Below are positions 34,623 through 44,385 of a DNA stretch of 49,567 nucleotides, one piece after another. The stretch's first letter is position 1. Every line of letters begins with the position of its first letter. The stretch is from positions 1 to 49,567 of the IMG/VR virus record IMGVR_UViG_3300044788_000046, one strand, 5' to 3'. Under the pieces are notes generated by a model, which had not been told where the DNA came from, searched no databases, and saw only the letters and a list, made by a program, of their open reading frames with translations. This DNA is from a virus (lineage: Duplodnaviria; Caudoviricetes). The position numbers and the translations under genes were made by a program.

Positions 34623-36101
34623 CTAGGCCCTCGGCTGTCCAGTGAATCGGTTGAACATGCGCGCGGGTTCGGGCCCGCCGTGAAGTTTGTTGAAGGCCCC
34701 GGATGAGGCGTCGACTTGGTCCATGTATCCGCTCACGCCGTCGAAGTTTTGAAGCTCGACGAGTAGGGCTTCGTTCCACGGGCCACGGAGCATATCGACG
34801 TTGCGCGCCTCGGCCTGCGATGCGAGCGGGCCCGCCCTCGCCAGCTTGGCCCCGGTCACACGCTCCGCATGGACCGCGAACCCGGCAAGATTGCGCACCG
34901 TGTTTTCGGCGCTTTCCTTCCCGCCCGAGCCCGGCTCTTGCTCGGTCCAAATCGTCACGTCACCGACGAGCGCCTTGTCTGCCTCGGCCGTCTGTCGGAT
35001 CACGGTTTCGCGGTTGTGCGCCGACCATTGTCCGCGGGTCACGCCGGCGATGATGACGCGGCCAGAGGAGCGCTTTCCAATCAGCACGCCCGCGGAGAAT
35101 TTCCCGCCGCCCTCGGTGCCCGCCTTGTCCCAATACCGCACCCACGCCTCGACGTCGGTCGGCATCACTTCAAGGAACGACGCGAACCATGAACGATCGA
35201 ACACGGTCCCCTTGGTCGCCTTGATTTTCCAATTCCCGCCGAGGAGTCGCTCGCGCTCGACGAGCGGCTGGGCCATAAGCCACGCGCGATAGCCCGGGTC
35301 GTTCCGCTCTAGGATGGGGTTGTCGCTCAGCTTGGCCGGGATGAACGTGAGCGACTTCGGCCGAATTTCTCCCGGAGCCCGCTCAGGGAACCGCTTGACC
35401 AGCTCCGCGGCCGAGTCGCCCCAGTGAAGCTCTTCGCCCAGGCGGACGAACCATCGCGCGACGCCCGACCGCTCGGCAATGGCATAGCCCGTCAACGGGT
35501 CCCACCACCACGAGATGAGCCGGTTGAGCCATCCGCCGACGGGGTCGTCGTCGGGGACCGGGTTGCACGTCGCTCGAACATAGGGGCGAATCCCGGCCCG
35601 GGACGATCGGTTCCGAGTGAGGAGATACCAGAACTGGCCCTCCTCAAACTCTTCGAGCTGGTCGAAGCACAAAAGCGGGACCTGGGCCCCGGTCCACTTC
35701 TTCGCGTCCTTCAAGTGCTGAAGATGCTTGAAGGCGACGGTCATTCCAGATGGAAAGCGGTATTCGAGGTCGTTCTCGTTCGCCTCCGCGTCGACATACA
35801 GCTCGGCCGCCTCGTCCCAAAGGCCGCCCTCGTTTTTGATTTGGGGATAGGTCCGCCGAAAGATGACTGCCCCGAACTGCGGATTTTTCTTGTGGCGCAG
35901 GGGTTCGGCGAGTAGACCCCACGTCTTCCCGCCGCCCGCGGCCCCGCCCGCAATGACGATGTCGGCCCGGGCGTACAGGAACGCCTCTTGAGGGCCCCTC
36001 TGTGCGCGGAGGTCGACGCGCACCCTTGGGACGTGGGTCGAGGCCGTCGCCACCGTCGCGGCGCCCATCACGACGACCGCCAACCGGAACACGCCTCGCA
36101 C
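34623..36101 (-). CDS. terL: terminase large subunit
   Basis: GGAAGGGKT Walker A, CFDQLEEF Walker B, ATCNP, RYWDKA, EQEPGSGGK, DQVDA; start uncertain. Confidence 0.95.
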   Translation of the reverse strand: MRGVFRLAVVVMGAATVATASTHVPRVRVDLRAQRGPQEAFLYARADIVIAGGAAGGGKTWGLLAEPLRHKKNPQFGAVIFRRTYPQIKNEGGLWDEAAELYVDAEANENDLEYRFPSGMTVAFKHLQHLKDAKKWTGAQVPLLCFDQLEEFEEGQFWYLLTRNRSSRAGIRPYVRATCNPVPDDDPVGGWLNRLISWWWDPLTGYAIAERSGVARWFVRLGEELHWGDSAAELVKRFPERAPGEIRPKSLTFIPAKLSDNPILERNDPGYRAWLMAQPLVERERLLGGNWKIKATKGTVFDRSWFASFLEVMPTDVEAWVRYWDKAGTEGGGKFSAGVLIGKRSSGRVIIAGVTRGQWSAHNRETVIRQTAEADKALVGDVTIWTEQEPGSGGKESAENTVRNLAGFAVHAERVTGAKLARAGPLASQAEARNVDMLRGPWNEALLVELQNFDGVSGYMDQVDASSGAFNKLHGGPEPARMFNRFTGQPRA

Positions 36102-36102
36102 C

Positions 36103-36804
36103 TCAGTCGTCGCTCCGCGCCCGCCCGTTGTCGGGGATGTAGAGATGAACCTCGGTTTCCACCGGCCCGCCTCCCTTGCCTGTCACTTCCATCCGATCGT
36201 GAAAGCCCTCGACGCCGACGTGGCGACCGGCCAGCTTAAGCGTCCCCGGCTTGTCCCACAGGCGTAGCTCGACCTCGTATCCCGTCCGCGCCTTGTCCCC
36301 TGTGCCGAGCAGGACGGGCCGCCGTTTGATCGAAGAGATGGCCGCCAGGGCATTTGGCGGGGCCCCGGGCGCGAGCGACACGTTGCCGAAGTCATCGACG
36401 ATGTAATGGGTAGCGACGTTCGAGAATGCAAGGGCCTCGGTTTCGGCCAGGACGCGGGCCCGGGTGATCCCGCTTTCCTCGGCCTTGACCGTCTCGCCGG
36501 CCTTCACGGCGGCGGCGATGCGAACATTTGCCAACAGGCGAGGCCCGGTCACGTTGGGGTTTCGGGACCCGTATCCGGCACGGACCGCGGCGGCCGAAGC
36601 GTTGAGGTCTATCAGGTATTCGCGGACGAACCTGGCATGTTTCGGGCTCAGCCGGTCGAGGGTCTCCTTTAGGGTGCCCCCCTGGGCCGTATATACGGGT
36701 CCATGGGCCTTCGGTTTCGGCTTCCCGGCCTTGGCCCTACCCGCCACAGGCGTCGCCCCATTCGGCTGCCTGTGGGGCCTGGGTGTAGCGGGTGCCGTGG
36801 GCAT
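36103..36804 (-). CDS. terS: terminase small subunit
   Basis: LSPKHARFVREYLIDLNASAAAVRAGY, L.DK...L..AGRH.G. Confidence 0.92.
   Translation of the reverse strand: MPTAPATPRPHRQPNGATPVAGRAKAGKPKPKAHGPVYTAQGGTLKETLDRLSPKHARFVREYLIDLNASAAAVRAGYGSRNPNVTGPRLLANVRIAAAVKAGETVKAEESGITRARVLAETEALAFSNVATHYIVDDFGNVSLAPGAPPNALAAISSIKRRPVLLGTGDKARTGYEVELRLWDKPGTLKLAGRHVGVEGFHDRMEVTGKGGGPVETEVHLYIPDNGRARSDD
36686..36702. promoter_or_regulatory. motif copy 4, inside terS
   Basis: gccgtatatacgggtcc, identical to 6619-6635. Confidence 0.5.
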
Positions 36805-36992
36805 GGATTCGGACGCTCCCGGCCTGTTCGCTTGAAGCAAGGGCGTCGAGGTCCTCTATCCAGCCTTCAGGGAAGCCTGAATCGGGACCACTGAAGGGCG
36901 CCATAGGGCCACGGGACCCGGGTTCATGGTCGCGATACCCGCCGTCGTGTTTCGGGCGTCCTCCGAAGCGGTTCCACCACGGGACCTGGGCA

Positions 36993-37226
36993 TCACGCGC
37001 CATAGGCCGCCCTCTTCTCTGCGGCGATCGCCTGGACTTCCTCAAGGGTCCGGACGGGGGCGAGCCCGCGGTGATCGCGTCTCCAGGGGAGGCGGGGTTG
37101 ACTCGTGGTATGCCAGCCACCACACCCGCAACGATAGGTGCGCACCCCGACACGCCCCGCGTAGGCCCGGAGGGCGGCGCCGGCGGCGGCCTCGGTGCCG
37201 TAGTCTTTCTTCGGGCAGGGGTTCAC
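36993..37226 (-). CDS. small zinc-binding phage protein
   Basis: C.KK.Y.TE..A...YRC.CGGWHTTS. Confidence 0.65.
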   Translation of the reverse strand: MNPCPKKDYGTEAAAGAALRAYAGRVGVRTYRCGCGGWHTTSQPRLPWRRDHRGLAPVRTLEEVQAIAAEKRAAYGA

Positions 37227-37465
37227 GATCGCTCCGGTCGATCGACGAGGTCGAGATAGGAGAGCACCTCGCCCGCGATGGCGAAGGCGAGGACGCCGGC
37301 GTCCGGAGTGACGCCCGCGCAGATAGAGCGCACCTTGTCCCGTGTCGCTCGGTGCTGGGCCTGGACGCACCGCGTATCGGCCCGGGCTTCGGCGGCGTCG
37401 CGGCGGTCGCGCTCGGCGGCCCGCGCTAAGTCCAACAGGTCGGCGAGGGTACATTCGACTCTCAC
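37223..37465 (-). CDS. hypothetical protein
   Basis: GTGA-coupled. Confidence 0.5.
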   Translation of the reverse strand: MRVECTLADLLDLARAAERDRRDAAEARADTRCVQAQHRATRDKVRSICAGVTPDAGVLAFAIAGEVLSYLDLVDRPERS

Positions 37466-37710
37466 GGTTGCCCTCCATACGCCCACTCGGGGCGTACGCC
37501 TTCGGGTCTACGGGGTGGGGCCTCCGGGATGACAAGGCCCTTGGGGACGAAGTGCAGGCAGGAACACACGAGCGCACGGAGGTCGAGACTCTCGCCCGAC
37601 ACGAGGGCGTTGCACGCGCCGAGACCGCCCCCGTGCGTGTGATCGCACGCGCATAGGATTGGGACCAAGGAATAGCGGAGCTTGACCTCGATGTCTTTCG
37701 CGCTCGCCAT
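37462..37710 (-). CDS. Cys-rich hypothetical protein
   Basis: MASAKD...CACDH.H...C....CSC.HF. Confidence 0.55.
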   Translation of the reverse strand: MASAKDIEVKLRYSLVPILCACDHTHGGGLGACNALVSGESLDLRALVCSCLHFVPKGLVIPEAPPRRPEGVRPEWAYGGQP

Positions 37711-38180
37711 CACGTCCCCTGTCCGATGTCGGAGAGAATGCGGAGCGTGTGGCCGCCATCGTTCGGGAACGTCATGCGGGCGCCGGCGGGCCCGAGGATT
37801 TCGTATTCCATGCGGTGCTCCACGAGCCCCGGCGTCAGATAGAAGCCGTTCGGGCCGAGCGCGCCGGGGCCCACCACGAGACCACCGACCGGATAGGCCC
37901 CGTCGACAAGGGTCCCGCTCGCCACGTCCCAATCCGTCGCGACCCACTGATAGGTCACGAGGCCGAGCGACGCGGGCGCCGTTATCGCCATCGTCCGAAT
38001 AAGCCGCGTGCCCGTGCTCAGGATGATGTGCAGGTAGGCCGCGGTCGCGCCGGTGAGGTTGTGAATCCCGCCGATGGTCCCGAGCGCCGAGCCGCGGGGG
38101 GCCGGGTCGTGTAGTTCCGCCTCAAGAATCGGCATGGTGTCCCGCTTCTTAAGCCCGAACACCTTGATTTGCTCGGCCAT
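37710..38180 (-). CDS. BppU-like (baseplate upper protein N-terminal) domain protein
   Basis: LKKRDT.P.LEA.L, NLTGAT, G.VTYQW...D, EYEI....G..MTFPNDG. Confidence 0.7.
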   Translation of the reverse strand: MAEQIKVFGLKKRDTMPILEAELHDPAPRGSALGTIGGIHNLTGATAAYLHIILSTGTRLIRTMAITAPASLGLVTYQWVATDWDVASGTLVDGAYPVGGLVVGPGALGPNGFYLTPGLVEHRMEYEILGPAGARMTFPNDGGHTLRILSDIGQGT

Positions 38181-38405
38181 CTATACCTCGGAGGGCGCGA
38201 GGCCCGCGCTCGTGATGGACCCGGCGAGCGATGCCGTGGTCGCGTTTGGACTGAGGGCGGCCGTCGTCCACATGGGCGCGAGGTCCGCGGTTGTTCGGCT
38301 GTCCTTCAAGGACACGGTGAAGCGGTCGCCGGGGCGACACCTCGGCGCCCATGTGACGCCCGTCGACGTCGCATTGCGCCACCATCGTTTGAGGGCGAGG
38401 AGCAC
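38181..38405 (-). CDS. hypothetical protein
   Basis: T/A-rich; fills the gap between coupled genes. Confidence 0.45.
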   Translation of the reverse strand: MLLALKRWWRNATSTGVTWAPRCRPGDRFTVSLKDSRTTADLAPMWTTAALSPNATTASLAGSITSAGLAPSEV

Positions 38406-38406
38406 G

Positions 38407-39873
38407 CTACCAGTCCCTTCCCCATCCGGCGTACGTCGTGCCGCCGGCATTCGTAGCCGTGAACGCCATCAGATGCTCGTTCCAATCCACGGCCGTGACC
38501 GTGGCCGTGGATTGACCTCCGGCGAAGGTTGCCGTCAGGATGCGATACCAGAACGACGAGGAGTCTATCGGGGAGGCGTACGGGATTGGGGCCGCGGACA
38601 CTGAATTGATTTGCCACGCGCTGCTCGATGACGGCTGAAATTCGCCCAGGAACGCGGCGGCCACCTCGTCCGTTCCGGTCGTGGTGATCGTCCCTGACGA
38701 GGTGCTCGTCCCGCTCCCCTGGTTGTCGTTGCTCGTGTCCTTCGCCACCGTCTTCCCGGAGACGGGCCTAAACTGCATGACCACCAAGTTTCGGAAGGTA
38801 CGCGCCGCCCCTAACGTCGCCCTAAACGTCGCGGACGAATCCGCGGCGGCGGAAAGGACGTAACACCCTTGGGTGTGGAGCCCGACGGCGTTGTCGTTGA
38901 CGTCGGCCCCATCGCACGTGAATGTATTCGCTGGACTTCCGCTAACGCTTGCGATGGCGTACGTCGTGGCGGTCGATTCGTGCTTAATCCAGCCGACCAA
39001 GAGGTCCCCGGCCGCCACATTCATTACGGTTGAGATGTCGAGCGTTGCCCCGCTGGCCGCGTTGTTCCCGGTCCACGAGCCCATATAGACCCAGCCGGTA
39101 GGTGCCGCCTCATTGAGTGCGACCATGGCCGAGGCACAGTCGGCCGCCGTGTATGTCGGGTCGCTCGCCGCACTCGTGCTCTCTGTTGCGATGCGTGATT
39201 CGCCCCGGGCCCCCATCGAGGTCGCCGCGGTCCCGCTGTTGCTCGTGCTCGTCGTGGTCGAGCCACCATAGGCGACATAGTCGGTGTCCGCCGTGTACGT
39301 CGTGACGTTCGATTCGCACGCGGAGCCGCGGATGAAGAGGTGCTCAGCGCTGACGCCGCTGGCGTCGGTCATCGAGCCCGGGTCGGCCGCGTCGTTGGCG
39401 AGCCCGTTCGATCCGGCCGCCAGCGTCACGACGTTCCCGGCGCCCACGGTCCACTCGTCGCACGTCAGGGCCTTACGGGTCGTGCTCGCCGAGTAGGTCA
39501 TGGTGACGACATCGCCGCTTGTAAGTTGCACCGTCGGCTGGACCCACCAGATGTCGACGATGGCCCCGTTCGCCGCGGTCGAGGTCTGCATGTTGGCATG
39601 CTCGATGCCCTTGACCCACACGTTGCCGCGAGCGTCTGTGATCTTCGTGACCTGGGAGTTATCGCCGTCCGTCGTGCCCGAGCCGGTCTCGTCCTTGGCG
39701 ATGACGCAGACCCCGACGTTGCCCGCCTCCAGGGTGGCGCTCGTCGTCGGCGCCCACGTCGTAGCCGCGGTGCCGTCGTTCCCGACCATGAATGTTCCGA
39801 CGCGCGTCCACGCGGCCCAGGCGGGCGCGGGCAGAATAGCGAGCGCTATAAGGAGCGCGAGCTTACGGAGCAC
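38407..39873 (-). CDS. secreted two-domain beta-rich (T/S/A/G) protein
   Basis: Signal peptide MLRKLALLIALAILPAPAWA|A; AGN/SGD/AGDLLV motifs; six Cys. Confidence 0.85.
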   Translation of the reverse strand: MLRKLALLIALAILPAPAWAAWTRVGTFMVGNDGTAATTWAPTTSATLEAGNVGVCVIAKDETGSGTTDGDNSQVTKITDARGNVWVKGIEHANMQTSTAANGAIVDIWWVQPTVQLTSGDVVTMTYSASTTRKALTCDEWTVGAGNVVTLAAGSNGLANDAADPGSMTDASGVSAEHLFIRGSACESNVTTYTADTDYVAYGGSTTTSTSNSGTAATSMGARGESRIATESTSAASDPTYTAADCASAMVALNEAAPTGWVYMGSWTGNNAASGATLDISTVMNVAAGDLLVGWIKHESTATTYAIASVSGSPANTFTCDGADVNDNAVGLHTQGCYVLSAAADSSATFRATLGAARTFRNLVVMQFRPVSGKTVAKDTSNDNQGSGTSTSSGTITTTGTDEVAAAFLGEFQPSSSSAWQINSVSAAPIPYASPIDSSSFWYRILTATFAGGQSTATVTAVDWNEHLMAFTATNAGGTTYAGWGRDW

Positions 39874-42800
39874 AAAACCCCGTGACGTCGACAGAGTGGG
39901 CGTGTGCGTCGCTTGTCGTGACCGAGATCAATGTGGCGCTCGTCGTCTGTTTCTTCCCGCCAGGAAACAAGATGTTGGCGCCGCGGCCATTGACGGCCTC
40001 GAGGTAGAACGGCCCGAGAATGGTCGTCGCGGTGCTGTCCTCGATGAAGAGGTTTAGGGCCGTAGCCGCACCGTTCGAAAACGTCACGCTCTCGATGTAG
40101 TTGTAAAGGCCCGTGCCGCAAGAGCCGTGGACGGTCGTGTCGGTGAGCGCGGACGAGCTGTTCTCGTGGTAGCTCCACCGGTGAGGTGGGCCATTGCGCA
40201 CGAACAGGGCCCCGTTCCTGTCGGTCAAGAGCCGCGTTGCGTCACCGTCCGCGCTCGTGCGGTTCGCGTTCGTGTTGCCGTCCGAGTCCTCGGCCGTCTC
40301 CGCATAGCCCGCTATCAATACGGGGTTCCCGGCGACGACCGCGTCGTGTGCGGCTATGCCCTGTGCAATGACGGCGTCGTTTGGCTCGTAGGGCAGCAAG
40401 GCATAATTCGGGGTCACTGTCGCCGACCCAGTAATCGCCGTGCTCAGTTTGATCCGGAGTCCCTGCCACCCCTTGTTCGAGACCATGAACGGCTTGTTCG
40501 TGCTCGCGACCAGGGTGTAAGGGAGCGTGATTTGCGCCATGGACGAGGACGGGTCGAGCACCGCGTCGGCCGGGACTGTGACCCAATTCGTGTTGTCATA
40601 GCTGACCTCGAACGTGATCGCGCCGCCCGAAATGGTCGAGGTCTGGACGAGATGAACAAGGACCGACTTCGCCCCGCTGTTCGAGAAAATCGTTTGCGTC
40701 GCGTTCACGGACGTCCCCGAGGTCCACCCCGAAAGGGTCGTGAGCGCGATGCCGGGGAAGATCCGCTCATTCCCGGCTTGGTCCGCCTGTACCGCCATGC
40801 TCTGCCCGTTTGTCGGCGCCGGGGCCGTGGTGTTGTAGACGGACCCTGTGACTACCTGATTCGTCGGCGCCGTCGCTGCGCCGACCACCGCATCGAGCGT
40901 GGCCCCCGCATTGCCGACCACTCCGACTTTTTGCACGCCCGAGGCGGCCGTGGCCGTGGACGCACCGCCGACCTGGGCGACGTTGGTCGAGGCGTTGCTC
41001 GGCGGCGTCGTCGTCACCGTGCCTGTCACGGTCACCGTTCCGGTCTGGACGTGCAGGCGTCCGCTCGCGTCGACCTGCAGCGGCTCGTAGTCCCCATCCG
41101 TTGCGCCGGCCGATAGGTCGGTGGCGGTCGCCTCGCGCACGGCCAGGGCCATAACGCCGGTGTGTCCGGTCGAGTGTGCCGAGTCCTCGGCCCTCGATAG
41201 GGCCGACACCGTGGCGAGATTGCCGCCCGACTCCAGGGCCAGCGCGGAAGTGTTCAGGTTGGTCCCGGCGTTCGCTGTGATGCTTCCAGAATCGACAATC
41301 ACGTTGAGGCCCCCGGCCCCGTCCGTCACCGTCACCGAGCCCGAGACCGCAACCGTGCCCGAAACGGGCTGTGTGATCGCGGAGCCGTCGACTTTCAGCG
41401 CACCGCCCGAGGCGGCGCCGGTTTGTAGGCGATCCCAATTCGTCCCGTCCCACGCCTCAAGAAATGCGCCCACGGCGGGGGCCGTTGGGTTCGCGGTGTT
41501 GTCCGCGAGGGCGGCGGCGGCGGGAAGCTCCGAATCAACAGTGAACGTGCCACTACCGGCGTTTGCTGTGACCGTCCCGCTCACGGGTTGCGTCGCGTCT
41601 GCGGCCGTAACCCGGAGCCGGCCGGATGAATCGGTCTGAAGCTCGGTTCGATCCCCGTCCGTGTCAACAAGCGTAGCCGCGGTGTCCTTGCGAACCGCTC
41701 CGGCCATCATGACCTTGTCGGCCGCTCCACTCGCGGTATCTTCGTCGTATTGCGTGCCTCCGCCGACGCTCAGCTCGTTCCCGCTCGCGTCGCGCAGGTT
41801 GACGTGCAAGGCGCGGTTGGTGGTGATACGCGCAATCCCGACTTTGTCCTCAGCCACCGTGCCAGGTGACGCATCATCGAAGGCGCCCATGACCGGTGTG
41901 CCCTGCGTGGTCGAAGCGACATAGGCGGCCCCGTCCGCAGCCGAGGTCCCACCGGAGCCGCCGCAGCCGCTCACGCATTCGACTTGCATCGACCCGCCCG
42001 CGGTCGCTGTGACCTGCGCGGTATCGGTGCCGTCCGTGATCTTCATTTGCCCCGTGGAGTCCGAGGCCTGAGTCACGCGGATGGCGCCAGCCGCAGTGCC
42101 GTTACCGGTGAGAGTCGTGGCCCCCGCGACCTGAGCGAGGTTGACGCTCTGATTCGCCGGGAGCGCCACGGGGTCTGGCGTCACGAGGAGCTTGGTCATG
42201 GACGCCACGCCCTGGACCGTGAGAATATTCCCCGCTGGAGCTCCGGCCGTGCCTGTTCCAGCGACCGCGACGGTACCTGTCACGCGCGTCACGTCGACAT
42301 CGATGCCGTTCGCCGCGTCGCCTCCCACGAGGGCCCCGGCCGCGGTGATGACCGTGGCCGCTGCGCCATTCCGGAGGCGCCACCCCGACACCGCATCACC
42401 GTCTGCCGACACGTCGGCAGGGGCAGCCGCAGAGGCGCGCCCGCCTACCAGCACCGGATTCCCGGACACTGGCGCATCGCTCGCAGCATCTCCCTGCACC
42501 TCGGCGTTGAGGCTCGACGCCGTGGGCTGAGTGACCGTCACCGTCCCGGGATTGACGTGCAGCCGCCCAGTGGCGTCGACCTGCAGCGGCTCATAGTCCC
42601 CATCTGTCCCGCCCGCCGAAAGGTCGGTGGCCGTCGCCTCTCTGACCGCGAGCGCCATGATCCCGTTGTGCCCCGTCGAGTGGGCCGTGTCCTCGGCCTT
42701 GATGACTCCAGCAAGCGTGGTGTCAAGCGCGAGCGCCGAGGTGTTCAGGTTCGTGCCGGCGTTCGCCGTGACGGTCCCACTTACCGGCTGTGTAGCCTGC

Positions 42801-43483
42801 CAGAAGGTCCCCGAAACGGGCTGTGTGATCGCGGAGCCGTCGACTTTCAGCGCACCGCCCGAGGCGGCGCCGGTTTGTAGGCGATCCCAATTCGTCCCGT
42901 CCCACGCCTCAAGAAATGCGCCCACGGCGGGGGCCGTTGGGTTCGCGGTGTTGTCCGCGAGGGCGGCGGCGGCGGGAAGCTCCGAATCAACAGTGAACGT
43001 GCCCGAGCCCGTCACGGCGTGCGTCCCCTGCTCGTGGACCTTCAGGAAGCCCGACCCGTCGAGGGCCGTCGGCAGTTGCCCCGTCTTGGTCGCGTCGTAG
43101 AATGCACCACCGTCCGACAAGCGAAACGAGAATGGGGCCGCCGCAGTTGTGCGATCCGTCGCGGGCGAAATGAACCCCGAACCGTCCGACAGGCCCATGG
43201 GCCAACGGTTCGCGTGCGCGGCGGCGGTGCCCTGGTTCCCCGTGACGGTCCAGGCCCCGGACTGCGCGACGATCGCCCGGAACATCCCGTTCGCGTCGAG
43301 CTGGAGCGGAGCATAGTCGCCATCCGCGTCGACGAAACTCCCGCCCGCGTCCTTTCGCACGCCGAGGACAAACGTCCCATACTGCCCCGAGGCGTGGTGG
43401 CTGTCCTCGTGGTACGCGGTCGAGGTTTGTGCGAGCACGGTAGCGGGCGCCAGGAGCACGACCAATGCAAGAATCTTTCTCAT
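39863..43483 (-). CDS. large repetitive fibre/adhesin-like protein with Sec signal peptide (about 1206 aa)
   Basis: MRKILALVVLLAPATVLA|Q; GGAG RBS; repeated ED.AH..G...AVR....DGDY..LQ.D..G.L.V and TQPVSGTV modules. Confidence 0.88.
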   Translation of the reverse strand: MRKILALVVLLAPATVLAQTSTAYHEDSHHASGQYGTFVLGVRKDAGGSFVDADGDYAPLQLDANGMFRAIVAQSGAWTVTGNQGTAAAHANRWPMGLSDGSGFISPATDRTTAAAPFSFRLSDGGAFYDATKTGQLPTALDGSGFLKVHEQGTHAVTGSGTFTVDSELPAAAALADNTANPTAPAVGAFLEAWDGTNWDRLQTGAASGGALKVDGSAITQPVSGTFWQATQPVSGTVTANAGTNLNTSALALDTTLAGVIKAEDTAHSTGHNGIMALAVREATATDLSAGGTDGDYEPLQVDATGRLHVNPGTVTVTQPTASSLNAEVQGDAASDAPVSGNPVLVGGRASAAAPADVSADGDAVSGWRLRNGAAATVITAAGALVGGDAANGIDVDVTRVTGTVAVAGTGTAGAPAGNILTVQGVASMTKLLVTPDPVALPANQSVNLAQVAGATTLTGNGTAAGAIRVTQASDSTGQMKITDGTDTAQVTATAGGSMQVECVSGCGGSGGTSAADGAAYVASTTQGTPVMGAFDDASPGTVAEDKVGIARITTNRALHVNLRDASGNELSVGGGTQYDEDTASGAADKVMMAGAVRKDTAATLVDTDGDRTELQTDSSGRLRVTAADATQPVSGTVTANAGSGTFTVDSELPAAAALADNTANPTAPAVGAFLEAWDGTNWDRLQTGAASGGALKVDGSAITQPVSGTVAVSGSVTVTDGAGGLNVIVDSGSITANAGTNLNTSALALESGGNLATVSALSRAEDSAHSTGHTGVMALAVREATATDLSAGATDGDYEPLQVDASGRLHVQTGTVTVTGTVTTTPPSNASTNVAQVGGASTATAASGVQKVGVVGNAGATLDAVVGAATAPTNQVVTGSVYNTTAPAPTNGQSMAVQADQAGNERIFPGIALTTLSGWTSGTSVNATQTIFSNSGAKSVLVHLVQTSTISGGAITFEVSYDNTNWVTVPADAVLDPSSSMAQITLPYTLVASTNKPFMVSNKGWQGLRIKLSTAITGSATVTPNYALLPYEPNDAVIAQGIAAHDAVVAGNPVLIAGYAETAEDSDGNTNANRTSADGDATRLLTDRNGALFVRNGPPHRWSYHENSSSALTDTTVHGSCGTGLYNYIESVTFSNGAATALNLFIEDSTATTILGPFYLEAVNGRGANILFPGGKKQTTSATLISVTTSDAHAHSVDVTGFCAP
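41358..43003. repeat. 194-bp perfect direct repeat (41358-41551 and 42810-43003)
   Basis: Base-by-base identical; offset 1452 bp = 484 codons. Confidence 0.9.
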
Positions 43484-43950
43484 GTCTCCTCTGTCACTCG
43501 CGCGTTGCCCGAGCCCGCGCCCGTCCAAATGCCTGAGATGACGCCGGTATAGCCCCCGTGCCGTTCCCACGACTCGCCCGGGGGAATTCTTCGTGTGTAG
43601 ACGGTGAGTGACGCCGTGGCAGAGAACGCCACGAGCAAGTCCTCGACGTCTGTCTCGTTCACGATCACGAATCCTCGACGGAGCGCGTTTGCTGCGAGTA
43701 ACGTTCCGGTCGATACGTTCTGGCCCGAGCTTGTGAGGGCCGCCGTGGAAGGCTCCGGGGTTCGTGTGACGAGGCCATATGCTGCCGCCCCCGGCGCGGC
43801 GTTCTTCACGTCGGCAATCTCGGCCGCCGCGAGCCCGGAAAGCCGCGACCGCTCACGGTGGACTTGATTCGCACCGACCGTTACGAGGTCGGTGTCGATC
43901 TTTTCTCCGGTCAGATCGTTCGGTGGGCCCTGGACGTAGGAGTCGGCCAT
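43480..43950 (-). CDS. virion-associated-like protein
   Basis: MADSYVQ.PP...G.KID; LLAAN..RRG..IVN, YTG.ISGIW. Confidence 0.75.
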   Translation of the reverse strand: MADSYVQGPPNDLTGEKIDTDLVTVGANQVHRERSRLSGLAAAEIADVKNAAPGAAAYGLVTRTPEPSTAALTSSGQNVSTGTLLAANALRRGFVIVNETDVEDLLVAFSATASLTVYTRRIPPGESWERHGGYTGVISGIWTGAGSGNARVTEET

Positions 43951-44385
43951 CTATACCCCTTCCGCCACTCGCCCGTCGATGGCTTTCTGTAGCGACACCT
44001 CGACCGACCCGAACCGCGCGGCGAAGTTGCCAAGCGCGGAATGCACGGCGTCTATGCGCGTCGTGATCTCGCGCCGTTCCCGCTGCTCCGATTGCACTAT
44101 CCGTTCGATCTCGCTCATGTGGCCGAGCACTTTGGTTTGGTTGGCGTCGAGCGCGCCGAGGCGATCGAACAACCGATGCTCCATTGCGGCTGTCTGTTGG
44201 GCCAGGGTTGTTTGATACCGTTCGACCGAACCAACGCGCTCACTCAATGCGCTCACCCTTTTTTCTAGGCCCAACGGGTCGAGCGCCCGCCGCGCGAGCG
44301 AGCGATAGACGAGTATGCCCACTCCCGCCAGCTCGAGGGCTTGCAACAGGAGAAAAACGAGCAGCAACGAGAGGAGGTCTGCCAT
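43951..44385 (-). CDS. membrane-anchored coiled-coil protein (lysis-associated candidate)
   Basis: N-terminal TM followed by heptad-rich region. Confidence 0.7.
   Translation of the reverse strand: MADLLSLLLVFLLLQALELAGVGILVYRSLARRALDPLGLEKRVSALSERVGSVERYQTTLAQQTAAMEHRLFDRLGALDANQTKVLGHMSEIERIVQSEQRERREITTRIDAVHSALGNFAARFGSVEVSLQKAIDGRVAEGV

Noticed and set aside
41358-43003. 194-bp repeat as a diversity-generating retroelement TR/VR pair
   Set aside because: Copies are identical with no adenine-specific mismatches, both are intragenic, and no reverse transcriptase is present
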